Assembly: GCF_002571385.2 (NCBI RefSeq)
Contig: NW_019217881.1
Span: 173,775 to 230,594, forward strand
DNA from: Stylophora pistillata
Taxonomy: Eukaryota
Direction: 5' to 3'
DNA: 56,820 bases
Part shown: one piece after another, positions 22,891 to 34,328 of the stretch
How positions within the stretch are numbered: position 1 is the first letter of the stretch
How the letters are laid out: the number at the start of each line of letters is the position of its first letter
Notes under the pieces: model-generated
What the model saw: the letters and a program-made list of their open reading frames with translations, nothing else
The model's database searches: none
What the model was told of the DNA's origin: nothing
Position numbers and translations under genes: made by a program

Positions 22891-23148
22891 ATTAAAATAG
22901 GAGAAATAGAGGGCCGATTAAAGAGTTGATTGACCTTTGTTTCAGTTTCTGTAAATCATGCGAACGTGATAGGGTGGAGCGGAAATGCGTGCAATGACTC
23001 GCCAGGATATAATCATTTGTCACATGTAATACGGCTTTTTCTCTTCTTGAAGCTGACCGAAGAGGAGCTGTATAATAAAAACAGAACTAAATATCCAAAC
23101 TTCAAACAGTTTATTCAGGATCTCCTCGAAACGTGCTTCTGTTGCCTA

Positions 23149-25202
23149 ATGTACGCCAACTACTTTAAATTTTCGCTAATTCTGGCGAGCTTGTTGTTTC
23201 TCACGGGATTTATCTCCCTGGCGGTTTTGACTACAACTCAAGTGATGCCCGCTCGAAAAGGGCTGAGCTACGAACAAACAACTTGTCGAGTAACACGTAG
23301 GGAGATATTTTGTGAAACTAACAACTGTAGTGAATGTAGCCCTGGAAGAAACAGTGCAGGTTCCTTGTGTCTCAGAGTGTACGTGCTTTGTGGTGATCAT
23401 GACGAAACCGTAAACAAAAACCTTTCAAGCTACAGGGAAGGCGGATATCTGCTTCGTAAAGATGTGTACCACTTGAACGACAAGGTAACAAATTCAAGTA
23501 GTCTTATTCATTTTTTACATTTCATACAATTCCGCTCAAAGATGGATTATGACTCAGTTCTAGTTTCCAGATAGATAAGTATCTAATTTGTTATGCAACT
23601 GTTTTTTTATTTTGCATTTACATCAGCTTATCCCGAAAGTGAACCCCTCGAAACATCGAATAAAATTTCCATTTTTCCGATATATTATTTTCGCGAAAAA
23701 CAATCAGCTAGAAGGGTCATAAGTTCAAGTGAACTATTCCTGTTGCAGACATTTTATTTACTCTTTTAATCAAGCAGATAGGGTAATAAAAAATATCTCA
23801 ATGAAAGACTGAAAAGCAGAAACGGGCAGCTGTTTTGCTAATAAATCTCTTTATTATCCAACTACAGACCGTAGAGTACAAATAACGCCATAGACGAGTA
23901 TAAATATCACGCGGTATTTGTACTCCAGAGTACCGGTTAAACAGAAAAGTTAAAAAGAAAAAATGACGTTATCAATTTGAATCATTCTGACGACGAAGAG
24001 TCGGAATGGCTGGCAAATATAGATCCAAGTTTACTTGATGAATCGAGCGAAGAAAAACAGCTATACGACTAGGAAATTTCTTCACTTATTGAGGAAAATA
24101 GAAGCAGCAACACGACAATTCCGTTCCGGTCAGTGTGAAACGCAGACTGCGGAGTGCAGACCGGGGGTAAAATGTAGACTGAGGGTAAAATGCAGACTGC
24201 AGACTGCAGACCAGGAGTAAAATGCAGACTGAGGGTAAAATTCATTTACAAGTCATTGAATAAGAATAGCGTCTATTGTGTTATACCTCATTTTTCAAAG
24301 CCTCCCGACATATGTAAATGATGTGGACGGGTATTCTGAAGTTGCTCCAATATTAATAATAAAAAAAACGAGTCTTAAGGATGAAAAAGAGTGTTCGTAC
24401 CCGTAAAATAATGTCATGCCAGTATAAAAGTCACGTCGTCCCCAAGTCACATGGCATTATAAAATGTCGGAAAACGAGGAGGACGATCTCATGGTAATTT
24501 TCGATAATTTGCGTTAATGTCTTTCACAAACTATGCTCGATACCTACAAGTTTACCTTGCCTTGCTGTTGTGCTGTCGTGTTTTGCTTGCCTTGTCTTCC
24601 AAACAATTCCAAGGCCATATGAAGAATTTGGACGCTGAAAGAGTACTCGGTCCCAGACCTATTCGCGAAAGCACAATTCAAAATGGCCGACATGTAAACA
24701 AAGGTAAGATGCATAGCATTACGATCAGTTTGGGCGCTTTTGGGAAACTTGGTTCAACAAAATGGGGAGTTCAAGAACTCGAGGTTGATAGTATGTTTGA
24801 CTCAGGCGAATAAACGCCTTTTGGTTTTAATCTTCGGAATTTTGAAAAAAAAACTACGGGTACGGGTAGGAACGCTCCCAAGTCTTGTTTTTTATTATGA
24901 ATATTTTATTTTACCCTCAGTCTGCATTTTAACCCTGGTTTGCAGTCTGCAGTCTGCATTTTACCCCTGGTCAGCAGTCTGCAGTCTGCATTTTAACCCT
25001 GGTCTGCAGTCCGCAGTCTGCATGTTACCCTCAGTCTGCATTTTACCCCCGGACGGCAGTTCGCAAACTGCAGTCCGCAGTCTGCGTTTTACACTGACCG
25101 ATTCCGTTCCGCTTCGCATACTTCTGTCTCGCACTCCCCGTAAAAAAATATCTGCGAAATTCGCCCGCACTGAAATAACAATTTGGCGTGTTAGATAATA
25201 TA

Positions 25203-25247
<45 letters not shown>

Positions 25248-25282
25248 CAACAAAACGTCTAATTAACAATTATTCCACGAGT

Positions 25283-25338
<56 letters not shown>

Positions 25339-25341
25339 ATA

Positions 25342-25400
<59 letters not shown>

Positions 25401-25501
25401 GAATTATTATTTTGTAAGAAGAAACTGGATTTTTTAGCTCCCTTTTGATTTTAAGCTGACGCGTACGCTTATCATATTCGTAGATTATGGTATATTGGCT
25501 G

Positions 25502-25569
<68 letters not shown>

Positions 25570-26049
25570 TAAGATATATTTATTAGCAACGGGAAGAGTC
25601 GAGGGATTCGCACCACACGCTATCGGGAATCACTCGCATGTGAAATTACTAGCTAAAGAAAGAAAAGGAAACGCATGAAAATTATTTATCAAAATGAAGC
25701 AATTCCTATAATTCAGAAAGAGCATATCTTACATTTCTGTGTTCCGAAAATTCTTTCTTTTCAGTGCACTCGAAAGCTAAAACCAATCTGCTCGGACCCA
25801 GCCCCCACCCCAAATGGACTGGAAGACTTTCAAGTTGGAGAAGGGAGGACTGGGCCTACGTACCAGTGCTATCGCAACCCAAATGTCCCGAATGAGGTCG
25901 TGTATGAAAATCACAGCAAAGAACATTATAGAAAAGTCGTGCTACACAGCGTTTTGTGGCCGACTGCTTTAATAGGACTCTCCATAGTAATTCTCACTGC
26001 AGCCATGTGCTTTTGCCCGATGCGGAGAGACTATAGAAAAATACCATAA
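23149..26049 (+). CDS. KCNMB-like: BK channel beta-subunit-like protein 2, about 206 aa; exons 23149-23484 and 25765-26049
   Basis: Paralog of 19152-21032: CLRVYVLCG, LLRKD.Y.L, same phase-0 intron before CT, YQCYRNPNVPNEVV, HSVLWP, two TM helices. Start codon taken as the first ATG before TM1. Confidence 0.82.
23840..25259 (+). mobile_element. Degraded Crypton-like remnant hosting the MULE insertion
   Basis: 23962-24117 translates ...QLYD*EISSLIEENRSSNTT, resembling the recombinase N-terminus EDLKLWIEDKDSKNT at 32305; short hairpin at ~23878-23924. Boundaries approximate. Confidence 0.4.
24127..25100. mobile_element. Non-autonomous Mutator (MULE)-type element with GCAGACT subterminal repeats
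   Basis: TIR CGGTCAGTGTGAAACGCAGACTG / CAGTCTGCGTTTTACACTGACCG; perfect 9-bp TSD ATTCCGTTC. Confidence 0.85.
25260..25571. mobile_element. Non-autonomous hairpin-ended element, probably Crypton-derived
   Basis: Palindrome TAATTAACAATTATTCC...GGAATAATTGTTTTA (25260-25383) followed by TTATTAAAAAC, with its inverse GTTTTTAATAA at the far end. Confidence 0.6.
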
Positions 26050-26595
26050 ACTGTTAAATGTGCTAAAACTGATAACTGAAAGTTAAGTTGGGTCCTGCTC
26101 GGATTTGAATTCCTGGCAGGGTAAATGGATGACCGATCTGACATCGCGGAAAAATATCGCCGGCTCAAGTCACAAGATACAAAGTTCAGTGAGAATTAAA
26201 ACAAGTTGATATAATTGCTAACAATAAGGCTTCAGGTGTATCTGTACAGCGAGAGGGCAGCAAATACCTCTCAAAATAAGGTCATACACGATTCAGATCA
26301 ATAGTTTAACTATTGAAGCTCTGATCTTAGGTAAATAAGTACTATTAGGTATAAAAACAGGCGTACTATACAAAGAGTACAATTGTTAACCTTGTCAACC
26401 ATGTATAATGAAAACATGCCTGGAGAGTTCTTAAATTTGGAAAAAATTGGTAAGTAGAAGAGGAATGGAAATTTTCCAAATGAAATACTCTGTCAAGTAC
26501 AATAGGCTTCAAGGATTTATAATTTGTTGACCAAAATTTTGTTAAACACATCAACATTCTCATCTTCAAATGGCAGTTGAAAAACCGTAATTTTT

Positions 26596-27489
26596 CTAAA
26601 GGAAAGTTGACCGATGAATCTTGGCCTTTAAGACCATGTAGTTCATTCTCATTTCCTCTGTAGTGGGGTCATAGTTTCCATTAGTCCGAGAAGGAAGTAT
26701 TTTTGAAGTCACGTGGCGTTTTATGTTGTATTTCGCGCCATCCCTGGAGCAAGAAGCCTGGGTGATACCGTTATGCAAGCCACACAATGTCCTTCTATCG
26801 TCACACTCCGGAAAGCTTCTGTCCCTACGATTTCCTTCAACTGGGGGTATTTGGTTTCCGTTGTTTTCTCCTAGACGGTCTCTGGGATCACAACATGTAT
26901 TCCAGAGGGATTCGCCATTCTCAGTGAGCCTCGGACCCATTATATCTTTTGTGTCTCCACACCTCACTTTTCTCCAAGGCTTTCTGTCATTCCAACTTGT
27001 CGGGCAAATAAAACTCGGTACGACCTCGACTGGCGGAAAAAGTCCTTTACTATTTTCACCAAAAGGTTTTACCCTGGAGTTCCTTGGCATCGAACTTGTA
27101 TTGTCTCTTGTAGTGTACGGAGAGGCAAGCCAGGGTAAGACGAGATTTTCCCCTTCAAAACTTTTCCTCGATACAAACATATTTCTTCGGTTCAATTTCT
27201 CCTGTTCAATGTAATCATCCGAACAGGGCTTCCGTTCCGAATTTTCCTCTCTTCTAGATTTTCTCTCCCCTCTTTTTGGTGCATTCTGCTGGTCGATTAC
27301 TGCCTGGCTGTTTACCTTAACTAATGACGTTGAATTATTGTGTTTCGATGAACCCAAAGAGAGGCTCGCCTTGTATTCTCTTTCGTGTATTTTGTTCAGA
27401 TTGACATTTCCTCTTTTGAATGCTGCATTTTTCTGCCTGTGATAGATTTTCGGATGTAAATTTTTAAACGGATTTTCCATTCTCTCCAT
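26596..27489 (-). CDS. Orphan protein with a single coding exon, 297 aa, predicted disordered
   Basis: 894-nt ATG-initiated ORF in AT-rich surroundings; TATA-like TATATAAG on the minus strand at ~27785-27792; no recognisable domain. Confidence 0.7.
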   Translation of the reverse strand: MERMENPFKNLHPKIYHRQKNAAFKRGNVNLNKIHEREYKASLSLGSSKHNNSTSLVKVNSQAVIDQQNAPKRGERKSRREENSERKPCSDDYIEQEKLNRRNMFVSRKSFEGENLVLPWLASPYTTRDNTSSMPRNSRVKPFGENSKGLFPPVEVVPSFICPTSWNDRKPWRKVRCGDTKDIMGPRLTENGESLWNTCCDPRDRLGENNGNQIPPVEGNRRDRSFPECDDRRTLCGLHNGITQASCSRDGAKYNIKRHVTSKILPSRTNGNYDPTTEEMRMNYMVLKAKIHRSTFL

Positions 27490-30400
27490 TTTGGTCTGCT
27501 TACTGTCTCAAGACTAAACGATGCTGTTGGCTGCTGATAACACGTTCAACAATCAGGACCTCTGGGAAGTCACTTCGTTCTTCGCTATAAAAAACAGAGA
27601 AGTCATACAGATAACTGATCAACTAATTATAGTATACCTCTTAAACAGAAAAACACTCGTTCCATATCAAGGCAGCGTTAACGATCTAGTTGCTATTTCT
27701 GATCAACCATTGAACAGTACGGCCAAGTTAAAAAAAGCTTCACATAAACCCTTAAATCAACCAAAGCGACCAGAAGAATTTTCCCTTATATAGTCACACT
27801 GATGCAAATAACAAGGTAAAATAACTTATCTTAAATATACAGCAGCAGGAGTCAGCTTCTCAAAAGTAACATCAGTTTTGAATAAATAAAGTTCACCTTA
27901 TAATGACCTATTTATACGGCATTCTGATTCAAATTGACGAAGAAAAGCTAATCGCTGCTTTTTGACATCTTAGCATGACGAATGTCTCCCTGACTTTGGT
28001 ATTAGTAAACAAACTGCTTATGGATCCAAATGTGTCTTTTGAGGGTAAACGAATATCATGGGAAAAATGGCGCATATCTCATTGAGACACTTCCAACTCA
28101 AGACTTTAAGTTCTTAACTTCAATTTCTTTGTCCCTGACTGTTCGAAGGGAAATTCATTTTACCTACTTCGAAAAAGGGAAAATCTTCCACATACATGTC
28201 ATGTCCACATGAATTCAAAATTTCTCATTCTCATAGTTTAGGATTATTTTCAGCGGCGCATTTAAGTGACGCCGAAAATCTGCCGCTAACCACGAACATT
28301 TCTCCTCAGATTTATCTCTCTATAAGCCTCTATCACAGCCTAAATTTCACCACAACAGCTTAAGCTCCAAATTCTCTCTAACCAAAGGTTGCCACACTTA
28401 CCTTCTCTCATTTCTACACTTTCGTGTCTGATGCGTCGACGACAGTTTCGCCGAATATCAAACATATAGGTACTGCGCATAGCAAAATGCTTAGCTGATC
28501 AAACATTGTTACCAAGTTACGCCTCTTATTCACCAAGGTGAACAAATATACGCTGATAACATCAAATTTCCTTTCCATTAGAATTAATCTACGTCGGGTG
28601 AGAGATGTTAATCATAAGTAGGTTTAATTATTAAGAGTCCTGTTCACAAAGTGAGTTTATCAAAATTATGACCACATCGTAATCAGAAAACCAAAAAATT
28701 ACAAAGTCAATGGAAAGATTCATCATATTTTTGTAGATAAAACTGGCACGCAATACAATTCACATGCTTCGCTAATTTGTGCTAGGCCATGAGCACGAGA
28801 TATCTCATTAAAATTTCAAATCGCTTGTCTAAAACTAGACCGAAAATGGTCATATTGATTTTGTTTTGATTGTCTCACAGTAACGAATGCTAACCTTTCA
28901 GATCAAGTCAACTGGGCATGTTTTTGGTGCGGCGTTCGAGAGCTTTAGGTGCTTATATAATAATAATAATGATAATGAAATAGCTAGATATTTTTCCCAT
29001 CTTCAAAGGTCCTCTTACTCTATCTACTCCAAGTCTTTCAGAGAGGTAATACACACTCGGCGCAAAACAGCATTTAAACTGACAAAATTATCAATTGATT
29101 CATAAAAAATGAATTTTTCTTTGATGTGTTGGTTTCCTGGTTCCGACAAGATCAAGCTGCAGGCAAAATTTATGCTGCAATCATTTTTATTAGGGTATGG
29201 CAAAAAATCAAAAACACAAACAGCGAAGAATACCTCGAATATTGGATGCGTTTTATCAGCCCAACTTTTCAGACTAATCTTTTTTGTGGGCCGATCAATA
29301 ACTCTAAAAAAAGACCACTGGACCAAAACTAAAGATCGTAGTTTGGTTATGTTGGGAAGAGAAAACTTACTATCGATGTCGATTCGTATAAGTTCGAAAA
29401 GAGAGCTTGCAGACTTCTCAAACTTCCTAATCATCGTTGTCGTTGTTTTGATTGTCATCGTCATCGTCATCATCATCATCATTATTATTTCAGACACTCT
29501 AGACAGTTCTATATCTTTTCTCCACAGCTATAAAAGCAGTCCGCTGACCAATGAGCTTGAACCTCCTTAAGTGTCAATTCCAAAAAGTATTGCGCTTCTT
29601 ATTTGCATGTTCAGAATACAACACATACGTACTAAGTTCTCCAGAAATAACTCATCTGATAAAGAGTCGATCTGTTTACAAATATGCCAAATGTTCCACG
29701 TTTCAACACTCCACGCATTGACTAGAAACTTAAATCCCTGAGTGTTAGAGATATAATAATCATTATAGGATATATATTTGATTTAAAGGTTTTCGACAGT
29801 ATTAAAAACAATTTTTTTTATTAAACTAACAAAATAAATTGTGAACCAGTTAATCAGCTACAGTAAACAAGCAAAAGTGATATTGATGGACAAAAGCGGT
29901 AAGCAGATAACTAAGCGAAAACGAACAATACTCAAAATGTAAGAATCACTCTTATCATGAACCACAGAAAAGAAAGAAACGAATCGTTCGCCCACGTTTT
30001 AAAATCTTTAAACTGAAATTGATACCAGATATGTTTCTTAACAACTCGTTTTAGTTTTGAGCTCGAATCCTAACAACTCTTGCTGTAGCTAAGCAACCAC
30101 ACAAACAGGAACAAACACCCTTGACTTATGACGAATTGACTCGAAATAGGTGAACAATAGCTGTATGGTGACTTGGTGCTGCATTGCTGTTTAAAACTGA
30201 ATTTACTCCAGTAGAGTGTTTTTGAGGAGAAGTTTGCCTCTTCTTAGATCGGTAACTGAATCCTGTAGTTTCACAACGGTTATCCGGAGATTAAGCAGTC
30301 AAGAATATTGGTCATAAATGTTGTAAGCCAAGTTACATAATTTTATTTACCGTGATTGAGTTCAAGCCCGCGATAACTCTATAACGATACTTGATAACTA

Positions 30401-31609
30401 TTAATCCTTGGTATCGGAAGAGTGTTAATGTAATAATGATTCAACAGCCTTAGCTGATATTAGGTATAAGAGCAACATTTTCTTTCAACATAATCCTTCG
30501 CATGTATTTTCTCTCTTCATTCGTAAACTCAATTTCAAAAGTCGATTTTTATCACCGTTTACACTGATTTAACAAATATGATTAGCATTTTGTACTCTTA
30601 CTAAAGTAATATCATACAGTCAGTCGCCTCAAATTAACGATTTAGCCTTGTTTGAATATTGTTTTGTTTATTCATTGGGTACAATTTGTTTACGTTTTAT
30701 AAGTTAGCAGAGTCAACTGCATGGCCTAAGCGATCGCAAGACTATAATTCTGATTATTTAGCAATAAAAGGATGAATAAAATGATTACTAGGCCCTTCGA
30801 GGTAACAATTTAGCAACAAGGTTGGCTGCAATTTTTGGTGAAAAATAATTGTGTTAGCCAGCTGATTAATTAGTGGTTCACATCGAGGCACGTATTCTAA
30901 ACAGTTGGATTTCCCACTGTTATTAACTCTCTTCAGGTCAATATCTAAAATCTCTGAATCTCTGGAAGTGTTGTAGACGAGTTAAACGAGTAAATATATT
31001 ACGAATCAAACGTTATTGAATTTTCATGTTATAATTATTTTTTGGATTTTATTGTAACTCTATGAGCTTAATAAGAAATTATTGGACGAGGTTGAGCGTG
31101 ATATTATGAATCATCAAAACCGAGGTCTGAGTTGTCTGCCGGAGCCGATGGCTGAGGAACAAAACACAGACACGAAGTTTGATAATTCATGATATCATTC
31201 GAAAAACGAATTCAATAATAGTTTTATTATATATTTTAGACAATCTGCTTGCTTGCAAAAAAGGTACTTATCTGATGCAAAAATGGCTCTATTTCAAATG
31301 GTGCAGATAACACTGATAAGCCTCATCAAAAACTGCAAAAACCATCGGAAAACAAGGTACAATAATAAGATCTTTGCCTGTATAAAGTATATAGTAAAGT
31401 AGACCAAGCCTTCAGAGCATTCTACCAGTAATTCGAAGTCTTTTTAGTTGTTGAAAATAACGTTACATTTAGAAAAATTGTACGTTATAGAAACCTGGGC
31501 AGTAGAGGTACTCATACAAACTCTTTTTGTGACACAGAAAACATGTATAGGCGATGACGGCACGTTATTTTCTATAGCAGTCGACTTTTGTTTACCTTAT
31601 TATTGTTAA

Positions 31610-32203
31610 ATTGACTTATTATGAAAAATCTGACTAGTCGAGCGGAGCATTCAATCAATAATTGTTTAATAATACATTCTGGAAGCGTTCAACCATTTTT
31701 AGTGTCTGTATGAGTTTGCAAACGCTTGAAAATACTACACAGACTAGGGGCTTGGAAACTACGCAGACTTCGAACTAAACAGGATGAATGCAATATCCGC
31801 TGCAGATATTGGATTTAGCATGTTGACCTCACAGGCCATTGCAGTGGCGGATCCAGGGGGAAGGTCCGGGGAGTCCGGACTACCCCCCCCCCCGCTTATC
31901 AGACCTGACGTTTACAACTTTGACTGAAATTCTTACATTGACAGGATCGTATGTAACACTTTTTACTGGCTGATTTTTTTTAATGAATCCAAGTAAACGG
32001 TAAGTGGCCAAGTAATTATAAAGTGCAATCACTACTGGTGGGAGGGGGTGTGGGGGGTGTGAGAGACAAGTAATTTGCCCCGGTCCAACAGTCCTTTCTG
32101 AACCAAATTTTGGACCCCCCCAGTCAAAAATTGCTGGATCCGCCCTTGCATTGTATATCGATTGCATGCTCTTGACCAATCAGATTTTTCATAGTAAGTC
32201 TAA
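31610..32203. mobile_element. TIR element nested upstream of the recombinase ORF
   Basis: ttgacttattatgaaaaatctgactagtcgag..gagcattcaatc / gattgcatgctcttgaccaatcagatttttcatagtaagtcta inverted arms. Confidence 0.6.
31842..32148. mobile_element. hAT-like MITE with 5-bp TSD (hAT5-type)
   Basis: CAGTGGCGGATCCAG / CTGGATCCGCCCTTG termini; CATTG at 31837-31841 and 32149-32153. Confidence 0.75.
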
Positions 32204-32304
32204 TGTGTAATGATATACAATATCGCGTGAAGTTGACATGATAAATCCAGTATCTGACGCGGATATTGCATTTATCATGTTTCTCACTCAGAGAGAAACT
32301 CAAA

Positions 32305-33423
32305 ATGGCTGAACGCTTCGCCTCTGTTTCTGCGGAGGATTTAAAACTTTGGATTGAAGATAAAGATTCAAAAAACACTAAGAGAACAACAAAAACAAGT
32401 GTAAAGATTCTGAATGATTATTTGACGGAGAACAACTTGGTAGAACCACAAGATAAAACTGCTTTAGCCAATGTTCTGAAGAAATTATACGCCGAGGCTA
32501 GGAAAATTGACGGCAGCCCGTACTCAAAAAGTTCCATGAATTCTTTACGATTTGGACTCAACAGGCATTTCAAGGCAAAAGGAACAGACATTATCAAAGA
32601 CCCAGAATTCGTCGAGGCAAATAAAGTGTTTCTAGCGAGGTGTGTCGATTTAAAACGGCAGGGTTTGGCGAAGGTTGAACACAAACCCGCTATTTTAGCA
32701 AACGACCTTCGAAAACTGTACGAGTGTGGAGTTTTTAACTTAGATGATCCCAGAACACTTCAAAACAAAGTCTTTTTCGAGATGATAATGTACTTTTGCC
32801 ACCGCGGCCGGCAAAACCTCAGGGAACTGAAAATAAAAGACTTTTCATTCACAAGAGATGGCAAAGGCGCTCGATATGCGTGCAAAACCGGCGATGAGTT
32901 GACAAAGAACAACAGAGAGGACGAAGTAGTCTCTGAAGGTGAAATGATGTTCGAAAAAGCTGGACCTCACTGTCCCGTTGCTTCTTTGGAACTCTATATA
33001 AAACACCTCAATCCCAAGAATGATTTTTTGTTCCAAAGGCCAAAGAAAGGAAGTAAAATCGGAGTTGACGATGTGTGTTTTGATAATATGGCTGTTGGTG
33101 AGCGCACGCTCGCCGAGAAAATGAAATATATCTCTAAAGAAGCAGAATTGTCAAAGGTTTATACAAATCATTCAATAAGAGCCACTGCAGCTACAGCTTT
33201 GGATAAGTGTTGGCATGAAGCGGGCCACATCATGGCTGATAGTGGCCACCAAAGTGAGCGAAGTATACAGAGCTACTGCAAAACAGACACTGACACCAAA
33301 ATCATTCATATCGTGTTTGTAAATTTGCCCGAGTGTCGCCCTGCGGTTGAAGAAGATCAAGATTTCAGAAACAAACTTAGATGGCAAAAAGACTCTGGAA
33401 TAGCAAGGGGATTTACAGTGTAA
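32305..33423 (+). CDS. Crypton tyrosine recombinase (DUF3504, KCTD1/ZMYM/QRICH1-related), about 372 aa
   Basis: Intronless ORF with SKNTKRTT, YAEARK.DG.PYSKSS, HRGRQNLREL, ELTKN, CPVASLELY, YTNHSIRATA and SGHQSERSIQSY; catalytic R, K, HxxR, H, Y all present. Confidence 0.9.
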   Translation: MAERFASVSAEDLKLWIEDKDSKNTKRTTKTSVKILNDYLTENNLVEPQDKTALANVLKKLYAEARKIDGSPYSKSSMNSLRFGLNRHFKAKGTDIIKDPEFVEANKVFLARCVDLKRQGLAKVEHKPAILANDLRKLYECGVFNLDDPRTLQNKVFFEMIMYFCHRGRQNLRELKIKDFSFTRDGKGARYACKTGDELTKNNREDEVVSEGEMMFEKAGPHCPVASLELYIKHLNPKNDFLFQRPKKGSKIGVDDVCFDNMAVGERTLAEKMKYISKEAELSKVYTNHSIRATAATALDKCWHEAGHIMADSGHQSERSIQSYCKTDTDTKIIHIVFVNLPECRPAVEEDQDFRNKLRWQKDSGIARGFTV

Positions 33424-33960
33424 ACTGTGACTAGGGATCACACTTACAACATCTCGTATTATTATACATAGACTTACTAGTTCGAGAGTGTTTAATAAAT
33501 GTTTAATAGCATGTGGAGTTGAGATTATAATCCAATATCTGCAGTTAATATCGTACTTATATGTCGAGTTCAAAATCTAGCTGGTTTCCAAGCCGCTCGT
33601 CCATGTGTTGTTCTCAAAATTTTTCAAACTCAGAGAGAGAAGTGTCTTCCTTTGCAGAATGTTTGAAAATGTATAATAAAATTACCGGTTTTCCCATGAT
33701 ATCATGATTTATCAAAACTCGTGTCTATGTTGTCCACCTCAGCCTTTGGCTTCAGGCTTCGGTTTTCATAAATCATATCAAACCCAACCTCATCCAAAAA
33801 CTGTTTAATATCATGCTCAGCCTCATCTAATAACTGCTTATCGTTGATGAAGAGTTATGCTTGAAAAGCTTGAAATTACTAATAAAGCTTGAATTCATTA
33901 ACTAAAGTTGGATAATGTATTTTGGATTTTTAGCCATTTATAAGATGCGATTGTTTTATT

Positions 33961-34328
33961 AGGGACTTTAAGCAGTCAGTACGGCAACGCCACGGAAGAC
34001 CTCGGTTAAAAAATGAGTTTCTACTTTTAGTTAGAATTTCGAAAATGGCTGCATGTGTTTACCGTCTCATAGGGTGCCACACCTCAAACTCAACATAACG
34101 CATAAAAGTAGCGTTGAGATCCAAATGTAAATTAAAATAATTTGCCGCTGCGGTTTCGCTTCGCAGACGACGCAAATTTTGGTGATTTCACGTTGTTGTT
34201 TTGTAAAAGACGGCTAAGAAATGTACAAAGTTTTAAAACTCACGTGCTGGGCTATTGCTCTGCCAATTAAATCAATTGTTTTTCCACGTTCTCGTTGACG
34301 TAGCCGTCGTGGTTTGCTTAAAGTCCCT
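33961..34328. mobile_element. AGGG-ended MITE with 3-bp TSD (same family as 13031-13516)
   Basis: AGGGACTTTAAGCA / TGCTTAAAGTCCCT termini; ATT on both sides. Confidence 0.85.

Larger units (their letters stand above)
31071..33841 (+). mobile_element. Crypton-type tyrosine-recombinase DNA transposon with palindromic terminal inverted repeats
   Basis: Left end ATAAGAAATTATTGGACGAGGTTGAGCGTGATATT matches the reverse complement of the right end (ATAAGCAGTTATTAGATGAGGCTGAGCATGATATT). Each ~160-bp end is itself an imperfect hairpin. No clear TSD. Encloses the YR ORF. Confidence 0.8.

Noticed and set aside
22930-23148. N-terminal extension of KCNMB-like 2 in the ORF track
   Set aside because: Non-ATG start and no counterpart in the paralog; the ATG at 23149 fits the paralog's length
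26723-27214. Antisense ORFs overlapping the orphan genes (also 36474-36921 and 47542-47952)
   Set aside because: Shadow frames of the real ORFs, with no independent coding evidence
29024-29570. Two opposite ~155-aa ORFs
   Set aside because: Extended by a (CAT/CGT)n microsatellite; AT-rich, no domain or splice support
27900-31000. Forkhead (GTAAACA) and X-box-like motifs suggesting ciliary regulation
   Set aside because: Short AT-rich motifs expected by chance; enrichment cannot be judged by eye
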